Shown: piece by piece, positions 1 to 8,702 of the stretch
Layout of the letters: each line of letters begins with the position of its first letter
Position numbering within the stretch: the stretch's first letter is position 1
Assembly: GCA_963848305.1 (NCBI GenBank)
Contig: CAWKDC010000001.1
Location: 256,001-320,000, forward strand
Origin: an uncultured Gammaproteobacteria bacterium
Lineage (GTDB): Bacteria > Pseudomonadota > Gammaproteobacteria > JABCZS01
Reading direction: 5' to 3'
Length of the DNA: 64,000 nt
Position numbers and translations under genes: made by a program
Notes under the pieces: generated by a model
The model's input: only the letters and a program-made list of their open reading frames with translations
Databases searched by the model: none
Told to the model about the DNA's origin: nothing

Positions 1-282
1 TACAAAGCTCCCATGTTCGGGAGAAATGGAAAAATTCAGGGCATTTCAGGCACCTCCGTATTTATCAGCAAAGAAAGCCTGATTGCTCTGACAAAACAAC
101 AAACCGCCTGTTTGCGTCTGTTAGCGCTAGGGAATACACACAAACAAATTGGAGATAAGCTTGGGCTGTCTGCGAAGACGGTTGAGCATTATTTGGATGC
201 TGTCAAATTGAAGCTGAATTGTGAATCAAGATCAGATTTGGTCATGCAGGCCATTGAGCGGGGATTGGTCGGAATTTTATAG
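1..282 (+). CDS. PAS + LuxR-type HTH transcriptional regulator (5' end outside window)
   Basis: Frame is open from base 1 (YKAPMFGRNGKIQGISGTSV resembles a PAS C-terminal strand). LTKQQTACLRLLALGNTHKQIGDKLGLSAKTVEHYL is a LuxR HTH. Confidence 0.8.
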   Translation, partial: YKAPMFGRNGKIQGISGTSVFISKESLIALTKQQTACLRLLALGNTHKQIGDKLGLSAKTVEHYLDAVKLKLNCESRSDLVMQAIERGLVGIL

Positions 283-445
283 GGGATAATCCACTTAGTT
301 CATCTCCACTGGAGTGACAGGCGGTTTGTGCCATATCTCCAAGATATTTCCCAGCGAGATCACTCGCAGAAAATCCTGCACTTGCAAAGGTTGCAATGGC
401 GGACAGAGGCATCACTTTTGCTAAGACAACGGCTCCTGCCACCGT

Positions 446-472
446 CAACGCGTTCAATAACCTGAATGCGGT
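446..472. repeat. 27-bp near-identical direct repeat of 1823-1849 (encodes RIQVIERV of the transposase N-terminus on the - strand)
   Basis: caacgcgttcaataacctgaatgcggt vs caacgcgttcaataacctgaattcggt, one mismatch. Confidence 0.85.
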
Positions 473-474
473 TA

Positions 475-527
475 GGACATTGCTATTTAGAGATGTCCTA
501 GGGTGGGCTAAGTAGAAATGTCCGCTT
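475..527 (-). mobile_element. Degenerate terminal repeat (probable IRR) of an IS1202/ISNCY-family IS
   Basis: Minus strand reads GGACATTTCTACTTAGC-CCACCCTA-GGACATCTCTAAATAGC. Two subterminal GGACAT(T/C)TCTA repeats are typical of this family's ends. The terminal TGT is not intact. Confidence 0.6.
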
Positions 528-761
528 TTGGGCATGCTATTGATCTCACCAATATCTTCAATTTCATTTTAATTTGGTTATATCGAAATTAGAATGAAAG
601 GATTGTATTCTTGAGGCTGAATATAATTCAATAAATTCATAAAGATAGCCTTATATGAACCAATTGACATTAATGTGTTAATCTGCTAAGATTATATGGT
701 GCCTCAATTATATTTTTAGGTTTGAGAGCAGAGTCATAGTTTTTTACGTCGGGAGGTAGCC

Positions 762-1127
762 ATGTTGCACTTATTTTCTTCCAAGAAGGAGCCGCAAGAG
801 GACGCTGTTGTTCTCGATGAAAGCCTAAAAAGAAAACTGTCCAATCTGACAGACTCTGATGTATTCACACCGTGTGGTGATTGTAAATCCTGCACCATTC
901 GTTATAGCTATATAGGTGCGGGTTTGATCGGGTTAAAAACAACTGACATAGAAAAACTACTCCCATTCTTTAAGCAAAGTGGAATAGAGTGCTCCACCCT
1001 ACAGATTCGGGAAGGGATGCAAGAATATAGTGATAATATTGTTTTCCATGATTTCACCGATAAAAAATCATTAGTGGATACAATTAAAAGTTTGCCAGGA
1101 ATTAGAGAGATGCCAAAGTTAAAATAG
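762..1127 (+). CDS. Hypothetical protein (passenger inside the IS remnant)
   Basis: 121-aa ORF with a GGAGG RBS. It lies between the IS end and the transposase 3' end. Confidence 0.65.
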   Translation: MLHLFSSKKEPQEDAVVLDESLKRKLSNLTDSDVFTPCGDCKSCTIRYSYIGAGLIGLKTTDIEKLLPFFKQSGIECSTLQIREGMQEYSDNIVFHDFTDKKSLVDTIKSLPGIREMPKLK

Positions 1128-1215
1128 CAAGTGTAATATCCACCTGCTCACCTACAGTGGGAATGTTGCTGCTGTTCAAGCAGCCCAACATACCCAGCTG
1201 GCTACTTATATTTTT

Positions 1216-1858
1216 CTAGTTCACCGAATGCTGTCTCTTCTGAACACTCTTGCTTCTCTCACAATTCAACTCTGTTTTTTTCTCCAAAATGAATGCCATC
1301 ACATTGCCAAGGCGTTTATTATCAACCACTTCGCCCTGTTCGATTCGTTGCAGGCGATCGTGAAGAATAGAGTAGGGCAGCCTGCGTATCTAACTTCGAT
1401 ATAAACCAACAAGGTGCATTTAGGGCCACGCTTTTCAAACCAATGATGTTCAGAGCCATCAATTTGAATAAGTTCGCCGTAGCATTCACGCCGGTATCTG
1501 GGCTGATAGGCACGCTTGAGGCGCTGTGTGCGGGTCTTCCATAAACCAGCCTCAACCATCAGTTTTCGTACGGTTTCGGTACTTAAGGCAATTCTATGAA
1601 GCTCTAGGAGCTTCGCAGTAGTCAGGGTTGGCCAGAGTCGTAAAAATGCTCTTTGATGAGGCTCAGAGCATTTTGTTTAACCTCATCCGATACTCTATGA
1701 TTGGATCTTGGAGGTCAAGGCAACGGCCCCAGATTCCTTGTAGGAGGCGATTAGACATCGCATCTGTCTTGAGGTCACCCCGAGGGTTTCTGCAGCTTGT
1801 GTTTGATTTAAACCGTGGCTAACAACGCGTTCAATAACCTGAATTCGGTACTTCAATT
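1216..1858 (-). pseudogene. IS1202/ISNCY-family transposase remnant with internal deletions and frameshifts
   Basis: Minus-strand fragments: RIQVIERVVSHGLNQTQAAETLGVTSRQMR (HTH); TETVRKLMVEAGLW...GELIQIDGSEHHWFEKRGPKCTLLVYI (first DDE Asp). The sequence then jumps to the C-terminal IEVRYAG...LQRIEQGEVVDNKRLGNVM. Confidence 0.85.
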
Positions 1859-1860
1859 GT

Positions 1861-1888
1861 TGTTCGCATAATGTATATTATGTTAATA
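1861..1888 (+). other. dif site (XerC arm TGTTCGCATAA, spacer TGTATA, XerD arm TTATGTTAATA); also attL of the element
   Basis: Matches E. coli dif GGTGCGCATAA-TGTATA-TTATGTTAAAT except at 2 XerC-arm positions and the last 2 XerD-arm positions. Confidence 0.9.
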
Positions 1889-1971
1889 CACGCACCAGGC
1901 ATGTCTATGTCAACCATGTAATCAATGTTGATTAAGTACTTGATCCTTCATAACCAATCCTGATACTCTAT

Positions 1972-3207
1972 GTGATACGCACACCATGTCATTTATGTAA
2001 TATTGGCTTACAAGGAGTTAAAGCGTCAATGGAATTGGTTAAGATCAGATACCCCAATAATAGGATCTCATGGTCTGTTTTAAGCAATGATATTACCGTG
2101 GATCAGCTCAGAAATTGGATTATACATTTAGAAGAAATCAATCAGTCACCCAATACCATTCAGGCCTATGCTCGGCATATGGTTCGATTTGGGAATTATT
2201 TAGAAGCAAATGCCAAAACATTCAAAAAGATCTGCATTTCAGACTATGATCAGTTCCTTCAATGGCTTCCCTATGCGCTTTCAAATCCAGAGTTTCCAGG
2301 CAATGTCGTTTCGTTAAATCATCAACCAAAACGGCTTTCACCAGCACTGAAGAATCAAGTCCATTTGGCTGTGAAATCATTCTACAGATATTTGTCTGGA
2401 CAGCCTAATTTCGATTTTGACAGCGCTGAAGAATCAACCAGTTATGACAGCCCAGAAAGGTATAAACCATTTCTAGAGCATATTAATGCTCGTAGAACGA
2501 CAAGAACCAAGGATCGGTACCTACATGGTGATCCCGGTAAAGCTCAGAGAAGCGTCAGCAAACGACTAACCCCTGAAAACGTTTTAACGTTGATTAAGGC
2601 CTGCCACTTGATTCGAGATGCTTTCCTCGTGACACTTCTTTATAACACTGGCATGCGCATTGGAGAAGCTTTGGGGCTTAGACATACAGATATTGATCTG
2701 AAAGATGGCGTTATCTGGGTCATACCTCGGGCTGACAACGAAAACGGAGCTCGCGTCAAAGGCATGAAGACCCGAGCGATTCCCGTCATGAAGTACATAG
2801 TGGACATGTATGAGGATTACATCACAAGCGATGAGTATTTGGGCGCATTTGAATCTGGCACACAGTACGTGTTCTGCAATGTTCAAAAGTCACAAATTGG
2901 AAAAGCATTGTCCAAAAGCTATGGTGACAATCTCAAGAATTACCTCAAAAAAAGAACTGGCATCGAATTTACTTGGCACATGTTTAGGCATACACATGCC
3001 AGCGAAGCAATTGCAGATGGCTATAGCCTGCTTCAAGTATCTGATCGGTTAGGACATGCAAGCCCTCAAACAACAGTCAGTTTCTACAAACATTTGTTCA
3101 GCCATGAAATCAGAAAATGTCATTTAACTGGAGCAAAAAAGCTTGAAGAACGTTTAAGAGAGTTTAGTGCGACGCATACCAGCGAACGAGGTTTAAAATG
3201 GCTTTAA
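1972..3207 (+). CDS. Tyrosine recombinase, Tn554 TnpA-like (likely start ATG 2029)
   Basis: N-terminal SAM-like SPNTIQAYARH. Catalytic motifs LYNTGMRIGEALGL, HMFRHTHA and LGHASPQTTVSFY. Confidence 0.9.
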   Translation: MIRTPCHLCNIGLQGVKASMELVKIRYPNNRISWSVLSNDITVDQLRNWIIHLEEINQSPNTIQAYARHMVRFGNYLEANAKTFKKICISDYDQFLQWLPYALSNPEFPGNVVSLNHQPKRLSPALKNQVHLAVKSFYRYLSGQPNFDFDSAEESTSYDSPERYKPFLEHINARRTTRTKDRYLHGDPGKAQRSVSKRLTPENVLTLIKACHLIRDAFLVTLLYNTGMRIGEALGLRHTDIDLKDGVIWVIPRADNENGARVKGMKTRAIPVMKYIVDMYEDYITSDEYLGAFESGTQYVFCNVQKSQIGKALSKSYGDNLKNYLKKRTGIEFTWHMFRHTHASEAIADGYSLLQVSDRLGHASPQTTVSFYKHLFSHEIRKCHLTGAKKLEERLREFSATHTSERGLKWL

Positions 3208-5321
3208 CACTTGCATATATGACAGATGATTTAAATGAACAATACGAGGCTCAATTATCGTCTGCAATTTCGGTTATATCTCCGCTGCTTCTTAGCAATG
3301 ATGTTTGGGATCAGGAATTTGCAAATTCTGTACCGAAATTTGTTAATAAGCACATCGGTGCAAAAAGTCCTATTTCTTTCGCATCACTCCCCTCCTCCTT
3401 GAAGCTGGAGCTCAAATTATACTGGGCGAAATTGCTTTCAGACGATCGATGCAATTCGATGAGTGCAATTGAGAGAAGAAGACAATCAATGAGATGGTTC
3501 AACTCTGATGGAGCAAATATACTTTCCGATTTTAATGTCAAGACTTTATCTGATATTCCTCACCCAGAATTTCCGATAAATTGCATTGTCACATCTCGCT
3601 CAATCAAGAAGCACAATGATAGATTGTTGGAGCTGTATTCATGTTTTGAAGGGAATGGTGATCGACCTCCGCAAAAAATTTGTGTCGTCGATGATGCTAC
3701 AGGACGTGTCAATCAAAAAGAATATTTATCCACAAGGGTCACCATCATTGGGGATTTTCACAAGCAAGCTATTATAAATAGGGAACAGCTGCAACCAATG
3801 AATGGCCGGAACATTATTTTTATTAACGACCTTTACTCTGAAGAAAATGTACGATTCAAAGATAAACAACGGCAAACTGATACATATTTAAATTTTTTTC
3901 TATTCCCTCCTTGGCTGCGAGATGCCGCCAAAACGCACCTGCTTCAAAAGATATCCTTTGGCGAATTGGCACCAGGATCATTGCTTGGTTATTTTTCTAG
4001 GTTATTAAGTTTCAGAGATTTCATGCATGAAAGATTTGATATTCCACGCCCAAAACTTGTCACTGTTACTTTGATTGAAGACAATTATGTTGCCTGGGGC
4101 AATGAGAAAGGATTGGCGGGAAAGAACTGGTTTACCGACACCTTAGCGATGCTATCCACAGCGGGACGTATGTGGCCAAATGAGTGGCCTTCCCTATCAG
4201 TCTCAAATCGAGCGGCTAGAAAGATCAAAAAAACACATTACAAACAGGGGCTAGGTCGCATCGGTCAAAATCAAGAAGGTGCTGGACGCTCATATTCCCA
4301 GCGCATTGTGGATGAGCTTAATAGATCAATAAGTTCAGCACCAGATCCAATTCATGATATTTTTAGCATCATCATGGGCACTGGCATGAGAGCTGAAGAT
4401 GGGCATGCCCTCCTCTTTGATTGCCTTAAAGATGATCCAAATGATAATGATTTTATGCTTTTAACTTTTTGGCAAAATAAAGTAAGAAAATGGAATACAA
4501 AACCTTTATTAAAAAAAGATAAAGGCCATGCATATTTAATTGATTTAATTGCAGCCAGGCGAAAAAAGAATATTCATAAATACGGGAGAGAAACAAAATA
4601 CCTTTTTCCGTCCTTCACGGGGACGCAGGAGAACTTTCTAACGCCCGGATGGACAGTGCTTGAAATCAAGAAACGATGCATTGCGGATGACATCCGTGAT
4701 GAGACTAATAAACCTTTGAGCTTTTCATGGCATCCACTTCGACATACCAAGGGCACATCATTAGCCAAGGAAGGTCATGACGTAATGAGCATCATGATGG
4801 AGCTTGGACATGCCAGCCCTGATATGGCCGCTGTGTATGTTAACAATAGACTCGAATTAAAAAAACAAGCCCTCATGGAAAAAGGCAGTGGCAAATTCTT
4901 TACCATCGAAGGCAAAGTCGATACAAAAATTATGGAACTGATGGTAAGAAAGGAGCAGCTCAGCGCTACTAGAGTATGCGGTGGTGCTTGCTCTATGCCC
5001 AGTCAGCTTGGCGATTGGTGCGAGCACGCGAATGCCTGTTATACCTGTAAGCATTATCGGGCTGACGGAAAAGATATTGAGTTTTTTAAGCATGAGAAGC
5101 TTGCCATTACTGATTTAATTGAACAGCAAAAAATCGAAAGCAATGAGTTAAATGATGCCGGCCACAAACGTATGGCTGAAATACTGCAAAGACGCATGGC
5201 AAAAAACATGGACATCAACGCTTCGCTTGGCAACATTATTCAGGCAATAGAGACAACGGATCGATATCAAGGCGATAAACCAATGGCGAAGAAAATGAGT
5301 CTGGAGCAACCACATGATTAA
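3198..5321 (+). CDS. Large tyrosine recombinase, Tn554 TnpB-like
   Basis: GTGMRAED, HPLRHTKG and LGHASPDMAAVY. C-terminal Cys cluster GACSMP...CEHANACYTC followed by a coiled coil. Overlaps tnpA. Confidence 0.85.
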   Translation: MALTLAYMTDDLNEQYEAQLSSAISVISPLLLSNDVWDQEFANSVPKFVNKHIGAKSPISFASLPSSLKLELKLYWAKLLSDDRCNSMSAIERRRQSMRWFNSDGANILSDFNVKTLSDIPHPEFPINCIVTSRSIKKHNDRLLELYSCFEGNGDRPPQKICVVDDATGRVNQKEYLSTRVTIIGDFHKQAIINREQLQPMNGRNIIFINDLYSEENVRFKDKQRQTDTYLNFFLFPPWLRDAAKTHLLQKISFGELAPGSLLGYFSRLLSFRDFMHERFDIPRPKLVTVTLIEDNYVAWGNEKGLAGKNWFTDTLAMLSTAGRMWPNEWPSLSVSNRAARKIKKTHYKQGLGRIGQNQEGAGRSYSQRIVDELNRSISSAPDPIHDIFSIIMGTGMRAEDGHALLFDCLKDDPNDNDFMLLTFWQNKVRKWNTKPLLKKDKGHAYLIDLIAARRKKNIHKYGRETKYLFPSFTGTQENFLTPGWTVLEIKKRCIADDIRDETNKPLSFSWHPLRHTKGTSLAKEGHDVMSIMMELGHASPDMAAVYVNNRLELKKQALMEKGSGKFFTIEGKVDTKIMELMVRKEQLSATRVCGGACSMPSQLGDWCEHANACYTCKHYRADGKDIEFFKHEKLAITDLIEQQKIESNELNDAGHKRMAEILQRRMAKNMDINASLGNIIQAIETTDRYQGDKPMAKKMSLEQPHD

Positions 5322-5745
5322 CAAAACTGATGGCTTAAAAAAGGCAAGAGACCTTAGAAGCAAAGAGAAAAGAGAGGCTGTTGAAAAAGCTATCAGCGAA
5401 CTATCGCAACGAAATGAGGCAGTAACATTTCAATCCGTGGCAGCTATGGCCTGTGTCAGCAGACAGTATCTTTACAATAACTTTAAGGACTCAATCTCTG
5501 TTGAGCGCAATTCCTCTAGGAGTGTTGCTGATGTGATTGATGGCATCACGGTACCAGCGAGAACGCCAGATGAGCACAAGCATGTTGAAGCCCTGCTCCG
5601 CAACAAAATTGAAAAGCTTGAGAAGGAAATGAGCGCGCTGAGGCAGGAAAACGCACGAATGAAGCAATCATTGGAAAAAGAAAGGGGTAAAGCCGAACAT
5701 TTTAGGCAAAATTGGCTTAATTCAAAATCAAAAGATGTATTGTAA
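5314..5745 (+). CDS. TnpC-like (DUF6262-type) HTH/coiled-coil accessory protein
   Basis: KREAVEKAISEL...VTFQSVAAMACVSRQYLYN plus a C-terminal coiled coil. Third gene of the overlapping trio. Confidence 0.8.
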   Translation: MINKTDGLKKARDLRSKEKREAVEKAISELSQRNEAVTFQSVAAMACVSRQYLYNNFKDSISVERNSSRSVADVIDGITVPARTPDEHKHVEALLRNKIEKLEKEMSALRQENARMKQSLEKERGKAEHFRQNWLNSKSKDVL

Positions 5746-5758
5746 AAGGAAAGGTTGA

Positions 5759-7465
5759 ATGGGCATTATTCATGATTCGATAAAAGCACTAGATGTAATT
5801 GATTCTCAACTGGAAGAATATGAGATCCTAAATGTATTATCCAAAATCGATAAACATGCACTTACCCCTCAGGAATTGAAGCATGGTGAATACGAGTGGA
5901 TTGCTTTCAACATGCAGGATGGATTTAATTGGTCGAAATATGCAGGAAAAACATGGGGGACTTACTTTGGTCCTGTATGGGTATTTCCTGATGGAACAGT
6001 TTGGCCTGATAAGTCAATGATTACAGAAGAAGCTGTTTGCTATTGGGCAGCTCGGTTGGATGAGTGTGCTCATCCTGTTCTTAAAGCAAGATATGCTGGG
6101 CTCGTTTGGGATTTTAAAAACATCCTCAAGGAAAAACAGAATCTTCGTGAACTCCCGAAGATTATTATTAATAACTGTTTAGTGATTTCAAAAAATCACC
6201 TCCACAAATATCCTCATGAGGAGCTTATAAAGTTAAAGTGGGCTCTTGAGACCGCACTCTCTGTAAAGGATGAAAATATTGCCAAAGATATACTACGTGA
6301 GATGTTCAATCGCAATGGCTTTGGCGGAAATATTTCAATTATCGAGTTCTTATTGAAGAATAAAAAGGCACCGTTAATTCCTGAGCAAAAAAATCAACTG
6401 ATAACCGAGCTAAGAAGTTACAGCGAATCTCGTTGCTTCTCGACTGCCATGCAGTCAGCGGTAATTCTTGCCAATTACCACAGAAGCAAAGATAACGAAA
6501 AAGAGGCCAAGCAATCGATTCTTAAGTATATCAATAATGTTCTTGAAAATTCAACTGTCGAGCAACCTTTAAGATGGAAATTTATTCTTGAGGAGGCATT
6601 AAGTTTGACAAGAAAATATGGCCTGGGAGATGACATTGTGAATCAAGTGGAATGTGAGCTGAGATTGATTTGCGATAACATTTGGAAAGACATGAAAGTA
6701 ATTAAGGCTGAGGCTATTGTCGATTTCACTGAATTCGACCTTTTTATCGACTCTGTTCTTTCAAACAAAAAGAGCTCGATTCTTGATGTGCTAGCAATTA
6801 ATTTTATACCGAAAGCTCAAGATGGAAAGATGCTTTTTGATCAACTAAAAAATGACAATCCAATTTCCTATTCTATAAACAGAACCTTGTTTGGGCCTAA
6901 TAATATAACCTCGGCCGATCTGGATGAAAATGATAACGACCTTATTCATACCATAAAACAGCTGATCATAATAAATGGGGTTTTTTTGAAAAGATTTATA
7001 GAAAAGTGTCGCTTTTGTAAAAGAATAACCATGAGAACCGTCAAAAAACATTTTTCTAAATCACATTTATTCAAAGAAACTCATAATCGGCAGTTGTTTC
7101 ATGGTCTTAAGTCATATTTTAAAAAAGATTATATTACGTCAATATACATTCTTGTCCCTCAGCTCGAAAATGCAATAAGAGTGCTTTTAAATGAAAGTGG
7201 TTCGGCAGGTTTAGAACCAAATAAATCTGGCGGATTCGATGAGCGCGCCCTGGGAGCCTTGTTTAGCATGGATGGTTTAAAGTCAATTTTAGGCGAAAAC
7301 CTCATCACATATTTCAAGACGATTTATACACATAATGCAGGGATTTACTTAAGAAATTTAATATCTCACGGTAACGCATGTGATGCTGTATTTACTGCAG
7401 AACACGCAGATTTGGTTTTTCACTCACTCATAATACTGGCTGCGCTACCCTCCCTGAAAACATAA
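5759..7465 (+). CDS. DUF4209-type HEPN-domain protein (putative RNase/defence cargo)
   Basis: C-terminal SIYILVPQLENAIR...GIYLRNLISHG (Rx4H). N-terminal YW..R....HPVLKARYAGLVW motif seen in this family. Confidence 0.7.
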   Translation: MGIIHDSIKALDVIDSQLEEYEILNVLSKIDKHALTPQELKHGEYEWIAFNMQDGFNWSKYAGKTWGTYFGPVWVFPDGTVWPDKSMITEEAVCYWAARLDECAHPVLKARYAGLVWDFKNILKEKQNLRELPKIIINNCLVISKNHLHKYPHEELIKLKWALETALSVKDENIAKDILREMFNRNGFGGNISIIEFLLKNKKAPLIPEQKNQLITELRSYSESRCFSTAMQSAVILANYHRSKDNEKEAKQSILKYINNVLENSTVEQPLRWKFILEEALSLTRKYGLGDDIVNQVECELRLICDNIWKDMKVIKAEAIVDFTEFDLFIDSVLSNKKSSILDVLAINFIPKAQDGKMLFDQLKNDNPISYSINRTLFGPNNITSADLDENDNDLIHTIKQLIIINGVFLKRFIEKCRFCKRITMRTVKKHFSKSHLFKETHNRQLFHGLKSYFKKDYITSIYILVPQLENAIRVLLNESGSAGLEPNKSGGFDERALGALFSMDGLKSILGENLITYFKTIYTHNAGIYLRNLISHGNACDAVFTAEHADLVFHSLIILAALPSLKT

Positions 7466-7648
7466 CCGAAACGACAGCCCCCTACTGGTTGTCCAGAGGC
7501 TGTGAAAATTTCACTGCTAGTTAATGCCGTGAATATTTTATAAATATCCCTTGTTTCCACTTGAAAATTGAGCTCTCAATCACCATGTAAGCAGCTGATC
7601 GTTATTTTTGAAAAATATCCATAAATAATTCATTGGAGTCAGATTCTC

Positions 7649-7849
7649 ATGAGATTATACGATAATTATGATGCATTTAAAGCGAACCCATATGATGAAG
7701 ATGAGAAAAACAGAGTGATCAAGCACTGTGCCCATTATATGGAAAGGAATGCGACTATTCCATATGAGCTGCAGTTATGTTTTGATCTTTTGAAAGAAAG
7801 AGAACCTGAATATGTGAATTCATACTTATCACTAATGACATTAGCATAA
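7649..7849 (+). CDS. Small hypothetical protein
   Basis: 66-aa ORF with a GGAG RBS, ending just before the first right end. Confidence 0.45.
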   Translation: MRLYDNYDAFKANPYDEDEKNRVIKHCAHYMERNATIPYELQLCFDLLKEREPEYVNSYLSLMTLA

Positions 7850-7873
7850 CATAAGTCATTGATTAAAGGGATG

Positions 7874-7905
7874 TTTACACGATTTGGTGTGCATACATGT
7901 TAAAT
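7874..7905 (+). repeat. Right end/attR copy 1 (32 bp), preceded by IHF-like TAAGTCATTGATT
   Basis: tttacacgatttggtgtgcatacatgttaaat, identical to 8615-8646. Confidence 0.9.
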
Positions 7906-7920
7906 GGAGATAAAAAGCAG

Positions 7921-8538
7921 CTAGAGCCTCGGTGTTATCGCTTTATACCCACGCCAATCAAGTAAGTGAATTTGGTTTTTTTGCATCTCGTACATTTTAT
8001 ACACTGCGATTGCTTTCGGATCTTCTAAAATAATAACATTCTTGATGGCGCCATCTCCAGAGCGTAGGTTTTTTTCAGTTGATGGCGCATTGGTCACATC
8101 CCCAATTACAATTGTGTCAAAGTTAGCGCGATTTTTCACTTGTGCACAGCACACTTCGCAAGGTGTCAGTGTTGTGAACATTGTGGCTTGGCGAAAATCT
8201 ACAGGTCCCTGTCCTTTAAGCTTTGCGACTCTTCCCGCATCTCTCAATGCGCTTGTTTCACCATGCATTGTTGAGTCATTTTCTTGAATAAGCGTATTGT
8301 GTCCCTTACCGATAATTTGTCGCCCTTCACCAATGATCACTGCGCCAATCGGGCATCCTCCTTCTTTGAAAGATTTAATCGCAAGAAAGGTTGCTATTCG
8401 CATGAAGTCTTTATTTTGGAGTTTATTGAAAAATGCAGGCTCCACAACACGTGGCAGAAATTCCGTAGGGAGCAATGCAATGAGATTAAGCACGGCATCA
8501 TCAACGGGAGTGTATCGAGTTATATAAAGATGTTCCAT
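7921..8538 (-). CDS. Zn-dependent nucleoside/cytosine deaminase (CDA superfamily)
   Basis: EGGCPIGAVI, GHN, MHGETSAL (HxE) and TLTPCEVC (PCxxC). Confidence 0.85.
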   Translation of the reverse strand: MEHLYITRYTPVDDAVLNLIALLPTEFLPRVVEPAFFNKLQNKDFMRIATFLAIKSFKEGGCPIGAVIIGEGRQIIGKGHNTLIQENDSTMHGETSALRDAGRVAKLKGQGPVDFRQATMFTTLTPCEVCCAQVKNRANFDTIVIGDVTNAPSTEKNLRSGDGAIKNVIILEDPKAIAVYKMYEMQKNQIHLLDWRGYKAITPRL

Positions 8539-8614
8539 TCGTCTATTCTACCACCTTACTTGCCTCATCTCTTTGTTTACAGAAATAATGCATAACCTAT
8601 TGATTCAATCGTCA

Positions 8615-8646
8615 TTTACACGATTTGGTGTGCATACATGTTAAAT
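8615..8646 (+). repeat. Right end/attR copy 2 (32 bp), preceded by IHF-like TAACCTATTGATT
   Basis: Identical to 7874-7905. Confidence 0.9.
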
Positions 8647-8702
8647 TATGTTCATCATGGCTATTATATTGGTTTGTATGACATATGATGAGCCTAGAAT
8701 AT

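Larger units (their letters stand above)
1880..8644 (+). mobile_element. Tn554-like tyrosine-recombinase element (tnpABC + cargo) integrated in dif; alternative right end at 7903
   Basis: Core ATGTTAA occurs at 1880-1886, 7897-7903 and 8638-8644. Imperfect inverted arms TACACGCACC (left) and GGTGTGCATA (right). A tnpA/tnpB/tnpC-like trio follows the left end. Confidence 0.8.

Noticed and set aside
242-535. 97-aa minus-strand ORF (MPKSGHFYLAH...)
   Set aside because: It is a translation through the IS terminal repeat and overlaps the LuxR gene end.
1628-1822. 64-aa plus-strand ORF
   Set aside because: Antisense shadow of the transposase remnant.
446-1849. 27-bp direct repeat as an IS1202-type long target-site duplication
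   Set aside because: The right copy is in-frame transposase coding sequence (RIQVIERV) with no IS end beside it, so it is inside the element rather than flanking it.
1972-5745. RIT element, integron or prophage integrase module
   Set aside because: Only two recombinases plus a TnpC-like protein are present. I saw no third recombinase, attC-type sites or phage genes.
1861-8646. Classical IMEX integrated by host XerCD
   Set aside because: The crossover maps to the XerD arm rather than the 6-bp spacer, and the element encodes two catalytically intact recombinases. XerCD assistance is not excluded.
7874-8646. CRISPR array from the 32-bp repeats
   Set aside because: Only two copies, about 740 bp apart, enclosing a gene. 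No cas genes.
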